NCBI GenBank assembly: GCA_965207885.1
Contig: OZ242311.1
Location: 5,952,001-6,016,000, forward strand
Source of the DNA: Candidatus Latescibacterota bacterium
GTDB lineage: Bacteria > Latescibacterota > UBA2968
Reading direction: 5' to 3'
DNA length: 64,000 nucleotides
Shown: positions 1 through 8,251 of the stretch, in pieces
Layout: every line of letters begins with the position of its first letter
How positions within the stretch are numbered: position 1 is the first letter of the stretch
Program-made: the position numbers and the translations under genes
Notes under the pieces: generated by a model
Seen by the model: only the letters and a program-made list of their open reading frames with translations
What the model was told of the DNA's origin: nothing
The model's database searches: none

Positions 1-1310
1 TCTTTTTCCGTATAGGGATCGTCAAAGTCGTCTTTGGACCGCGCCTGCCACCACTGCGCCGAGAAGGGCTGGTCGCCCTGTGGCTGGACGTATTTGCCCA
101 TGTCCCGGGTGTTAAAGGCGTGTAGCCCCGGTGCATCGGTAAACGCGATGGGCGCCATCACGATGTGTTGCGGTGCGCGAAGTTGGCCTTCGGATGCATC
201 AACCGCATCCGAATCGGTATGGCCCAGTCGTTTGAAATACGGGTCGCCCGTGTCGTCGTATGGCGACAATGGGTTGTCGGAATCGCGGAAAATGCTGGCT
301 TTATACCCGGGGTCAAACGCACCCGCGTAGTTGCTCGCATCGGAATAAAAATAAATATCATCCACACCGCGACCACCCGACGTCACATAACCATCCCAGC
401 CAAAGGCTTGCATAACGCCCATTGCTGCGGACACCCAGGAGTTTACAAACGAGAAGTAGATATCGTGCTGCGTAGGCGTGCCGCCGGGATTGTCTTCCTG
501 CCCATCCCCGTCGAAATCACCCGTGTTGGTGAAGGTCAGATCGACGAGATAAAAATCGTCGAAGTCCGGATGGCTCCAATTATAGACCCGCCGCGTTACC
601 TGAATGCCCTGTTTGATGTGTACCCAGCGGGTGATGATGGTTTCTTCGGGGAGCGACAGATCGACGATATAGCCACTCAGATTGTAGTTTCCAATGACCA
701 GGGGACTGGTTTTGGAGGGATCTAACTCGGTCCCGTAATAGCTTCCGAAATCTGCCTGTGTTACACCGGGCCAGTAATTGGACAGCCACGGTTCTGATCC
801 ACCGCCGCTCCAGCCGCCCGAAGTGGCAAGTACGTTTGAGGCATCTCCGAGTGTCCGCAGTGGGTTGGGGACGCCCCAGTGTTCTTCTTCGTTGCCTTTG
901 GGATCATAAGGCAATGGACGAATAAAATCCCTGATCCACGGCGAAGGTCGTGGCCCGGTCAAACTGATTTGTCCGTCGGATGTCAAAATCCACAAACCAT
1001 CGCCCATCGAGGTTTTGTAGTCGTTATAGACCTGGGATTTTGGTCCGCTTGTGAATTGGGACAACACCTGTCCGAAGGAACCCGGTCCCACGCCATTGTG
1101 GGGATAGGCATTTCGGTCGCCGCCGCGGTTAATTTCGGGGCTGCCTCCCTGGATGCCCATGTTGTTCCAGGAATTGGAGATCAATGCCCTGGTGTTTTCC
1201 CTGAAAGGGATTATGTTCGGGTCGAATTGCGCTGTGGCATCGGTAGCTATAATAGCTCCCACCGCGGCGCATATTGCGACCCATCCTGTAAAAATTTTAA
1301 ATCGCGTCAT
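1..1310 (-). CDS. Large secreted/periplasmic protein, partial (runs off the left edge), in the TonB receptor operon
   Basis: Absent from the ORF track because it has no stop in the window. Manual translation from ATG 1310 (SD AAGGAGG upstream): MTRFKIFTGWVAICAAVGAIIATDATAQ (signal peptide)...WSHPDFDDFYLVDLTFTNTGDFDGDGQED..., open to the window end. Confidence 0.8.
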   Translation of the reverse strand, partial: MTRFKIFTGWVAICAAVGAIIATDATAQFDPNIIPFRENTRALISNSWNNMGIQGGSPEINRGGDRNAYPHNGVGPGSFGQVLSQFTSGPKSQVYNDYKTSMGDGLWILTSDGQISLTGPRPSPWIRDFIRPLPYDPKGNEEEHWGVPNPLRTLGDASNVLATSGGWSGGGSEPWLSNYWPGVTQADFGSYYGTELDPSKTSPLVIGNYNLSGYIVDLSLPEETIITRWVHIKQGIQVTRRVYNWSHPDFDDFYLVDLTFTNTGDFDGDGQEDNPGGTPTQHDIYFSFVNSWVSAAMGVMQAFGWDGYVTSGGRGVDDIYFYSDASNYAGAFDPGYKASIFRDSDNPLSPYDDTGDPYFKRLGHTDSDAVDASEGQLRAPQHIVMAPIAFTDAPGLHAFNTRDMGKYVQPQGDQPFSAQWWQARSKDDFDDPYTEK

Positions 1311-1342
1311 ATTGTTCCTCGCCCTCCTTAATGCCTGCCTGT

Positions 1343-1413
1343 GCCTGCCAAGGATTCACTGGCAGGCAGGGGTTTCGGAAAGGGTATGCGAGTGGGCACA
1401 AGACCCACTCGCA
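1343..1413. other. Two intergenic stem-loops (possible mRNA stabiliser or processing signals)
   Basis: gcctgcca..tggcaggc and tgcgagtggg-cacaaga-cccactcgca inverted repeats, with no U-tract. Confidence 0.5.
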
Positions 1414-1420
1414 CAACCCG

Positions 1421-4400
1421 CTACCAGTTAAATCGCACGCCTACCTGGGTCAACCTGGGTGTGTGCGCGTAAGTGCGATCGCGCACGTCGCCGTATTGCA
1501 GGTAGGTGCTGTCGGTCGGTCGGGGTCCGTCAACCCCGTAGTAGGTATAGTCATTCCTGTTGGTCGGGCTTGTCCGGTCTTTCTGATTAAACATATTGCG
1601 TATATCCAGGAAAACCGAGGTCTGAACTCGGGATGTCATAGCAAAGGACCTTTCCAATGCCAGGTCTGTGCGAGAGTCCATAGCCAGTTCGCGGTAGGGC
1701 CGCACGCCACCTTCTGGCGGGGCATAGCGGAACAATCCTCCCGTTTCAACCCGCGTGACCAGGTTGATGCGCATGTTGCGCAATACTCTGCTGACGATGG
1801 CACCGCCCCGTTCGTAATCGGCCGGGAAGGATGCCAGCATTGAGGCGGTTCCAAATTGCCGTCGATCTCCCCCGCGCGGTTTCAGGAATAGCTGGGTATA
1901 ACCGCCGGTGAGCAGGTAAATGCCCTTGCCTTTGGTCGGTCCCTCGAGGGGGCGCAGGCCATCCCATTCGCCCGTGCCCAGGGTCTTGCCATAAGCCTGA
2001 TTCACAGTAGCGGACTCGTATCGACGGTTGGCCTGCCCAGCAATCAGGTCGATGTCTTCCTGCGACATCAGCCTGGGTACTTCGCTGCCCGAGGGGTGGG
2101 GATCCCATTCTACCCACAAATCGGGAACCGGTACGCCGAATTCGGGATGCGTATAGGCGATGTTGACGGCGGCTTTTCTCGTGCCTTCCTCGTCCATATA
2201 GATATTGCGTATCACGTTGCCGCGCTTGCCCGTGGTAAACGACGCCCACTGGTAGTTGTAGGACAAATTGAACGAGAAATTGTGGCTGAACCGCTTGCGC
2301 AATGCGAGTTCCACGCCCCGCGTATCCCCATAAGCACCGTTGTCCAGGGTGCGGGAATAGCGAATGCGACTGATATACGGGCCCTGCCAGGTTTCGTTGG
2401 GATAGTGGGTGAATTGCTCGACCTCAGAGCGATAATAAGCCGTTAGCGCTAAGGTATAGTCCGAAACAAAGTTCCAGTCTGCACCCACTTCAAATGCCGT
2501 GGTTTTGGCGGGGCGCAACAGGTGCGTGCCATTTCGACCGCTATAAGTCGTTTCCAGGTTGTTGTAGCGCTCTGTGTCGTCGATGCGACCGTTGCCGTTG
2601 ACATCTCTGTCTTCGGCTTTGCCCGCTACCCAGAAGTCTTCGCCAAAGTAGAACCAAAGGTCAGCCCATTGCAGGTAAACACCCGACGAGAACCGGAACT
2701 GCGCCCGTTCGGTGATGGGATGCGAAATTCCGATGCGGGGGCTAAATACCACGTGCCAGGGGGCTTGTGTTGACCAGATCGATCCTTCATTATAGGCGTA
2801 ATCTCGCGCCAGATTGGGTCTGCGGAACATTTCGGAACCGCGGGCACTACCGAACGTTATTCTGCGGGCATTGGGATTGAAAGCATCCATGCGCAATCCC
2901 AGGTTCACGATCATGCCCTCAAATTCCATCTTGTCCTGCACGTAAGCATTGATGGAATACGGCTTGACGCCTTCCTCTCCGAATCGACCTTCATCTGCCA
3001 CAAACATCAGGTGTCGATCCGCAGGGGTGGCATTGGCGATGATCATCATCATGATGTCCCGGCGCATAAATTCAATACCGCCCTTGAGCAGGTGGCCCTT
3101 TGTAACCTGAGAGGTCATATCTACCTTCAAGCCCAGGCGGTTGCGGTCTGCCACTTTCCAGCGGGCAGCTGTTCGCCCGGTGTTAAACCAGTTGGCGTCG
3201 CCCCTGTTGTTGACCGATGTTGCGTGATATACGCCGCTGGTATCTGTTAATGAGCGGCTGCGCGAGATGCGCACTTCGTAAAATGTTTTGGGCGAGAGTG
3301 TGTGGGTTACGACCAGATATTGCATTTCTTCGCTTTCCATGCGCTTTCCAGCCCCCGACCAATCTGGCGGCAAAAACAGATCCCGACCACCGTTGCCGAG
3401 ACCCCGGTGTACGCCCGGAAGCGAATCTGCCGTGCGGATATAGGGATCGGCCACGCCGTCTGACCAGTATTCATATCCCTGGTAAAGCCCACCTAATTTG
3501 AGCTTCAGATTTGGGCTTGGTCTAAAGGTGAAGCTGCCGGAAAGCGTCAGGTTGTCCGGTCCCGTGGGGATAAATCTGTTGAGGTCGTTGTAAAATCCCG
3601 TCTGCTTGGATCCCGGATAGCGATTGGCTAAACGGCCGTGTTTTGCCGTGGCGACAAAGGAGACATTGGTGCCAATGGGACCCGAGAGATTTGCCTCTGC
3701 ATCCCAACCGCTGACCTCTGTGTAGTCCTCTCGAATATGCAGGGGTTCGCCAGCTAATTCTGTCAGTATCTGGTTGTCCAAACCCAGATCGGGGCGCCGT
3801 TCCGTCAGCCAGTTGGGATTGTCCCACTGCATTTTGTCCTGATGTTGGGGGGCGTCATAGACATTCATACCCCAGTGCTTTTTCCCGGCAGGCTCATAGC
3901 GAAATTCGCCCCAGCCATTGTACTGATTGCCGCCGTCTTTTGTCACGATTTGCACCACACCGGCCTGTGCATTGCCAAATTCGGCGGGTGTTACACCGGT
4001 GAGTACGGACAATTCCTGGATTGCCCCGCGGTTCACGGTTCGGAACTGCCCGCCAGCACCGCGGCCATCGTTGTAGTTTATCCGTATGCCATCGACCATA
4101 TAGGCCACGTCGCTGCCCCATACAACATCGCTGTAACCAGATCCGGGGCCGCCAACTCGGCTGCCGCGCAAGCGGTTGCTACCATCTACTGCCACGCCGG
4201 GCTGCAATTGCAAAAGCTCGGATGTGTTGCGCACGATGCTCAAAAGGCGTTCGGTTTCTTCAACGGTTACGGTGTATTTACTCGTGGTTTTGTCCGGTTC
4301 CACGAGTGGACGGTCGGCCACGACGACCAGTTCGCCGAGTTCTACAGCGGCTTCTTTGAGCGAGAAATTCACGGTGACGGTCTGATCGACGATGATCAGC

Positions 4401-4675
4401 ACGTCCTGAACCTGGACGGTCTCATAACCGACGAGAGAGCCGGTGAGGGTGACGCGCCCCGGGTCTGCCTGGATAATTGCGTAATACCCATCGGCATCGG
4501 TGACAGCGCCGCGCTGAGTGCCTTTGATCACTACGTTGGCTCCCGGCAGTGGTTGTCCGCTGTTATCTCGCACAACCCCGTTGATCTTACCCGTGCTACC
4601 CGCCCACAGGTCGCCGGTTCCGGCAAGCAGGAAACCAACAGTCAGAAAACTGAAAAACAACAGTCTGTGCTTCAT
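1421..4675 (-). CDS. TonB-dependent receptor with N-terminal carboxypeptidase-regulatory-like domain
   Basis: Signal peptide, GKINGVV..PLPGANVVIKGT..GAVTDADGYY domain, plug region (YMVDGI, AEFGNAQAGVVQIVTK), C-terminal PRLTQVGVRFNW. Confidence 0.92.
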   Translation of the reverse strand: MKHRLLFFSFLTVGFLLAGTGDLWAGSTGKINGVVRDNSGQPLPGANVVIKGTQRGAVTDADGYYAIIQADPGRVTLTGSLVGYETVQVQDVLIIVDQTVTVNFSLKEAAVELGELVVVADRPLVEPDKTTSKYTVTVEETERLLSIVRNTSELLQLQPGVAVDGSNRLRGSRVGGPGSGYSDVVWGSDVAYMVDGIRINYNDGRGAGGQFRTVNRGAIQELSVLTGVTPAEFGNAQAGVVQIVTKDGGNQYNGWGEFRYEPAGKKHWGMNVYDAPQHQDKMQWDNPNWLTERRPDLGLDNQILTELAGEPLHIREDYTEVSGWDAEANLSGPIGTNVSFVATAKHGRLANRYPGSKQTGFYNDLNRFIPTGPDNLTLSGSFTFRPSPNLKLKLGGLYQGYEYWSDGVADPYIRTADSLPGVHRGLGNGGRDLFLPPDWSGAGKRMESEEMQYLVVTHTLSPKTFYEVRISRSRSLTDTSGVYHATSVNNRGDANWFNTGRTAARWKVADRNRLGLKVDMTSQVTKGHLLKGGIEFMRRDIMMMIIANATPADRHLMFVADEGRFGEEGVKPYSINAYVQDKMEFEGMIVNLGLRMDAFNPNARRITFGSARGSEMFRRPNLARDYAYNEGSIWSTQAPWHVVFSPRIGISHPITERAQFRFSSGVYLQWADLWFYFGEDFWVAGKAEDRDVNGNGRIDDTERYNNLETTYSGRNGTHLLRPAKTTAFEVGADWNFVSDYTLALTAYYRSEVEQFTHYPNETWQGPYISRIRYSRTLDNGAYGDTRGVELALRKRFSHNFSFNLSYNYQWASFTTGKRGNVIRNIYMDEEGTRKAAVNIAYTHPEFGVPVPDLWVEWDPHPSGSEVPRLMSQEDIDLIAGQANRRYESATVNQAYGKTLGTGEWDGLRPLEGPTKGKGIYLLTGGYTQLFLKPRGGDRRQFGTASMLASFPADYERGGAIVSRVLRNMRINLVTRVETGGLFRYAPPEGGVRPYRELAMDSRTDLALERSFAMTSRVQTSVFLDIRNMFNQKDRTSPTNRNDYTYYGVDGPRPTDSTYLQYGDVRDRTYAHTPRLTQVGVRFNW

Positions 4676-4703
4676 AGCACGACCTCCTTAAAGGGTGAAT
4701 GGG

Positions 4704-5417
4704 TTAACGCCAGAAATAAAACTTAACTCCGGCTCCTATATCGAAGAACATTAACGGGCGAGCGCGTTCCAACTCGTAAAAGAGCATGGGTCTCAATTCG
4801 CCCACGACAAAGTTTAAGCGCCCGCGCACATCCAGACTGATATTATCGGTGACAAATGCCTCCATACCCGCACCCGTGGTGAGTGCTATGGTGGTGCGTT
4901 TGTCGATTTGCGGATCCATTACGGTATTTAAGTCGATTGGATCGCTGGTTTGAGCCGGCCACACCAGGTTGCTGTTTTCGGCGTTATAGCGGAAAAAACC
5001 ACCGCCGAGGGCTATGTAATGGCGATAGTCTTTTGCCCGAAATCCGTGTTGCCGGTTCTCTTCGCCCACAAAGACGAGCGCGTTTACGGCTACGCTGTTG
5101 AACGTCATTGTCGATGAGGCGTTGGGGCTGGTGTATTCAAGGCCGTCAATAGGATATACAAACGGTTTGGACGCGAGTTTCCCGTTGTCGAATTTGGAAT
5201 AGTGGTATTCCACTTCAACGGTTACCAGTTCGCTCGCCACATAGTTCACGTTTATGCCGTATTTCCCCGCCTGGTCATAGCGGTCCCGCAAATTGGACAG
5301 GGGTACGTGGTAATTGGCAAATCCACCGAGACCCCACCCGTTCTGCTGGGCAAATAAATCACCCGATGCAAGTACCAGTAATACGCTTGCGAGAAAAGAA
5401 GTCAACGTGCGTGTCAT
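4704..5417 (-). CDS. Outer-membrane beta-barrel protein (OmpA/Ail-like)
   Basis: Signal peptide, alternating amphipathic strands, C-terminal IGAGVKFYFWR; SD AAAGGAG. Confidence 0.75.
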   Translation of the reverse strand: MTRTLTSFLASVLLVLASGDLFAQQNGWGLGGFANYHVPLSNLRDRYDQAGKYGINVNYVASELVTVEVEYHYSKFDNGKLASKPFVYPIDGLEYTSPNASSTMTFNSVAVNALVFVGEENRQHGFRAKDYRHYIALGGGFFRYNAENSNLVWPAQTSDPIDLNTVMDPQIDKRTTIALTTGAGMEAFVTDNISLDVRGRLNFVVGELRPMLFYELERARPLMFFDIGAGVKFYFWR

Positions 5418-5704
5418 AAACTCTCCTTTCTACAGCTTAAAACTGCGGTGATGCAATTCTTCTGTTATACGTTTGACGAGATACTAAATGTGTTAACCCG
5501 GACTATTCAGTGCATTGGCCTCACCTCATTTCTTTGTTTAGAAATTTTAATAATAAGTAAAAATAAAACTTAACAAAACAATGATTTATATGCCATAATA
5601 CATAATAGCTCCATTGATATAGACATGTCAAATTTTTTTTTAGGCTATTGTAAACTTTTGTAAAAAAATCTCAAATTCCGATTGGAACTTGCGCAGTCGC
5701 GTAA

Positions 5705-7210
5705 TCAGGACGTCAATTTGTCAAACAGATTTTTTACTTCCCGTTCTTTGGCTGGGGTGCGCGTTCCGATCCATCCTTCGCCGAAGTACAAGCACAGGCC
5801 GACGAGGATTTCGCCTCCGGTATAAATGGCGAAGTTGTCCGTTATTTGTACGAGGATGGCGTAGGTCATCAGGCCGCCTGCAAGAGCTAATATTGCGCCT
5901 CGCGCTGTGGGTTTTCGAAAGAGCATGCCGAACATTAGGGGTATTGCTATGGGGGATAGGAGTGCGCCAAATATTTGGACAGTTGCGGTGAATACTTTTT
6001 CTGCGCCTTTGCTTTCGGCGATGATAACGCCCGTGATAATGATGGCTATTCCAAATATCAATGTGACGATTTTGCCTGCGCGGAAGAGTGATTGCTGCGT
6101 CCATGCGCGCTTGATATTGCGCTGATAGACATCTTTTGTGAATACGGCGGCGAGGGCGTTGAGGTCGCTGTCGATCATGGACATGGTGGCGGCGAACATG
6201 GAACAGATCAATAGGCCGATCAATCCGGGCATGAGTTCGGAGAGTACGCGCTGGGCCATCAATACGTAGGTTTGCTGGAGGTCAAAGCCGGGTAGGGGTG
6301 TGAGTGTTACGGGGTCGAAGTATTCGGTGAGTATTAATGGCGCGGCCCAGGCGGGCAGGAAGATGACGATGGGGTATAGCAGGTAGAGGAATCCCGAGAG
6401 GAGCGCGGCTTTTTGGGTGTCCCGTGGGTCGGATACAGATATGAATCGCTGCGCTAATCCCCAGGTGGCGCCGTTGTAACTGAAGATGACGACGATGAGA
6501 TAGACAAACCAGAAATCGATTCCAATGCCGGCTTCGGCGTTGAAGAATGTGCCGCGTTCGGCGGGCAATTGTTCCCACAGGGGGTTCCATCCGCCGATGT
6601 TGTCGAGTACGAGATAGAGTACGATTGAGCTGATGACGAGCTGGACGACAAATTGGATCAGGTCGGTTAATACCGCGGCCCACAGTCCGCCTATGAGGAC
6701 GTAGGCTACGGTGATTATGCCTGCGACCAGTACGACGGGCAATACGGCCCAGCCCGTGACGGTTTGTACGACGACGGATATCGCGTAGAGTTTGATTCCG
6801 AGGTCTATGAATTTGACGCCGATGCCAGAGAGTGCCACCAGAAAACGCACGGAGTTGCCGTATCGCGCTTCGAGATATTCCACGGGTGTGAGTACTTTGA
6901 GGCGAGACCAGCGCGGTGCCCAGACGAGGCAGCCGATCATCATGGCGATAAAACACGATAGGGAGAATAGCGTCCACATGCTGAATCCGGCGGTTGCTGC
7001 CCGTCCCGCAAAGCCCACGAAGACGACTGCGCTGTATCCAGAGACGTGGTGGGATATGGCGGCCATCCACCAGGGGAGGTTGTGTCCGGCGGCGAAGTAC
7101 GCATCCACGTCCTGAGATTTTCGTTTGGCAATCCCGCCCACCCAGGCCATGAGCAGGGCGTAGAGGAGGATGACGATAAAGTCTGTGGGTGATAGCATGT
7201 TTACGTCCAT
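5705..7210 (-). CDS. Sodium:solute symporter family protein
   Basis: YFAAGHNLPWW, GGLWAAVLTDLIQF, AATMSMIDSDLN motifs; many TM helices. Confidence 0.92.
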   Translation of the reverse strand: MDVNMLSPTDFIVILLYALLMAWVGGIAKRKSQDVDAYFAAGHNLPWWMAAISHHVSGYSAVVFVGFAGRAATAGFSMWTLFSLSCFIAMMIGCLVWAPRWSRLKVLTPVEYLEARYGNSVRFLVALSGIGVKFIDLGIKLYAISVVVQTVTGWAVLPVVLVAGIITVAYVLIGGLWAAVLTDLIQFVVQLVISSIVLYLVLDNIGGWNPLWEQLPAERGTFFNAEAGIGIDFWFVYLIVVIFSYNGATWGLAQRFISVSDPRDTQKAALLSGFLYLLYPIVIFLPAWAAPLILTEYFDPVTLTPLPGFDLQQTYVLMAQRVLSELMPGLIGLLICSMFAATMSMIDSDLNALAAVFTKDVYQRNIKRAWTQQSLFRAGKIVTLIFGIAIIITGVIIAESKGAEKVFTATVQIFGALLSPIAIPLMFGMLFRKPTARGAILALAGGLMTYAILVQITDNFAIYTGGEILVGLCLYFGEGWIGTRTPAKEREVKNLFDKLTS

Positions 7211-7214
7211 TCAG

Positions 7215-7319
7215 CGAATCAACGAATCAACGAATCAACGAACCCTGCCCATCCTCCCAAAATCAGTGTGTATTGCCATTCGTCTATTCGTCTATTCGCG
7301 CTTTTCTCGTCTATTCGTC
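7215..7319. repeat. Inverted pair of octamer tandem arrays (CGAATCAA)n / (ATTCGTCT)n
   Basis: cgaatcaa x3 at 7215-7238; attcgtct x2+ at 7278-7298 and again over the stop codon at 7307-7319. Confidence 0.8.
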
Positions 7320-8081
7320 CAATCCCGCGATTAGTTCTTCCGATGTCAGAGAATAGTGTCCGAACATTTCCAGGAAGAGTACGGCGCCCCGCGTCTGTCC
7401 GAGGGTTTCGTGCGTTTCAAAGGATTCCATTCCCGTGGTGCAGTCCCGCAGGAGGATGATTTCATATCCGCGGCGGCCCATTGCGAGGGTTCCGTAGTCT
7501 CTCATCAAGATGCAGGCGTTGGTGTTGAAGCCCAGATAGAAGAGGAAGAGTATGTCCTTTTGTTTGCACCAGCGATGGAGTTCTTCGCCGGTTGAGATGA
7601 CGGCTTCCTGCCCCTCTACCTGTACGAGGGGGTGCATTGCGAGTCTGGCGCGGGTTTCGGTGAGTTCTTCTTCGCGCGGTTCTATGGGGCGCGCATAGTG
7701 TTCATATATTCCCGTTTTGCTGCGAAATTCGGCTGGGGGCCAGTTGTTTTTGGCGTTGGTGGATGTTTTTCCCTTTTCGATCAGGTTCACCCAGGATGGA
7801 TGCGCTTCAGCCAGGCGAGGCGCCGGGGCGTGAACGATGGGCATTTCCGCTTTTCGACAGGCGTGTAGAAGGGGGACGATGTTGTTGCTTACGATTTCCT
7901 CGGATCGAGCTTTCGTGTCTTTCAGGTAGTGATGCGACCAGATATCGACGAGTACGAGTGCTGTTTGCGCTATCGGGATCTCCCAGTTGAGGTGGGCATA
8001 GCTCGTGTTCTTTTCGATCCAGACGATGCCTTCGTCAACGTGCCAGCGATAGTAGCGGGGGGCGATGGTTATTTTGTTCAT
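7311..8081 (-). CDS. Isochorismatase-family cysteine hydrolase
   Basis: TALVLVDIW (catalytic Asp), GFNTNACI (catalytic Cys), LLRDCT. Confidence 0.8.
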   Translation of the reverse strand: MNKITIAPRYYRWHVDEGIVWIEKNTSYAHLNWEIPIAQTALVLVDIWSHHYLKDTKARSEEIVSNNIVPLLHACRKAEMPIVHAPAPRLAEAHPSWVNLIEKGKTSTNAKNNWPPAEFRSKTGIYEHYARPIEPREEELTETRARLAMHPLVQVEGQEAVISTGEELHRWCKQKDILFLFYLGFNTNACILMRDYGTLAMGRRGYEIILLRDCTTGMESFETHETLGQTRGAVLFLEMFGHYSLTSEELIAGLDE

Positions 8082-8109
8082 CCTTCAAGTCTCCGTTCAA
8101 AGTGATGAA

Positions 8110-8251
8110 GAATCAACGAATCAATGAAACAGGTAATGTACCTGAAAGCCGTCATTGCGGCATGGTTTAAGCCGCCACGCGAAGCATGACGCCAGTAATC
8201 CAGAGGTTTTGGGTGGTAAGGCGGGGTTCGTCTATTCGTCTATTCGTCTAT
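8110..8251. repeat. Inverted octamer arrays enclosing a REP-like palindrome
   Basis: gaatcaacgaatcaatgaa at 8110-8128 and (ttcgtcta)x3 at 8228-8251. Confidence 0.75.
8151..8203 (+). repeat. REP-like palindrome, copy 1 (with internal insertion)
   Basis: GTCATTGCGGC-atggtttaa-GCCG[insert]TAATCCAG. Confidence 0.7.

Noticed and set aside
3842-4726. 294-aa + strand ORF
   Set aside because: Antisense shadow of the TonB receptor, with no motifs
7215-8251. Possible CRISPR array
   Set aside because: Units are 8 bp in tandem with no unique spacers, and there are no cas genes in the window
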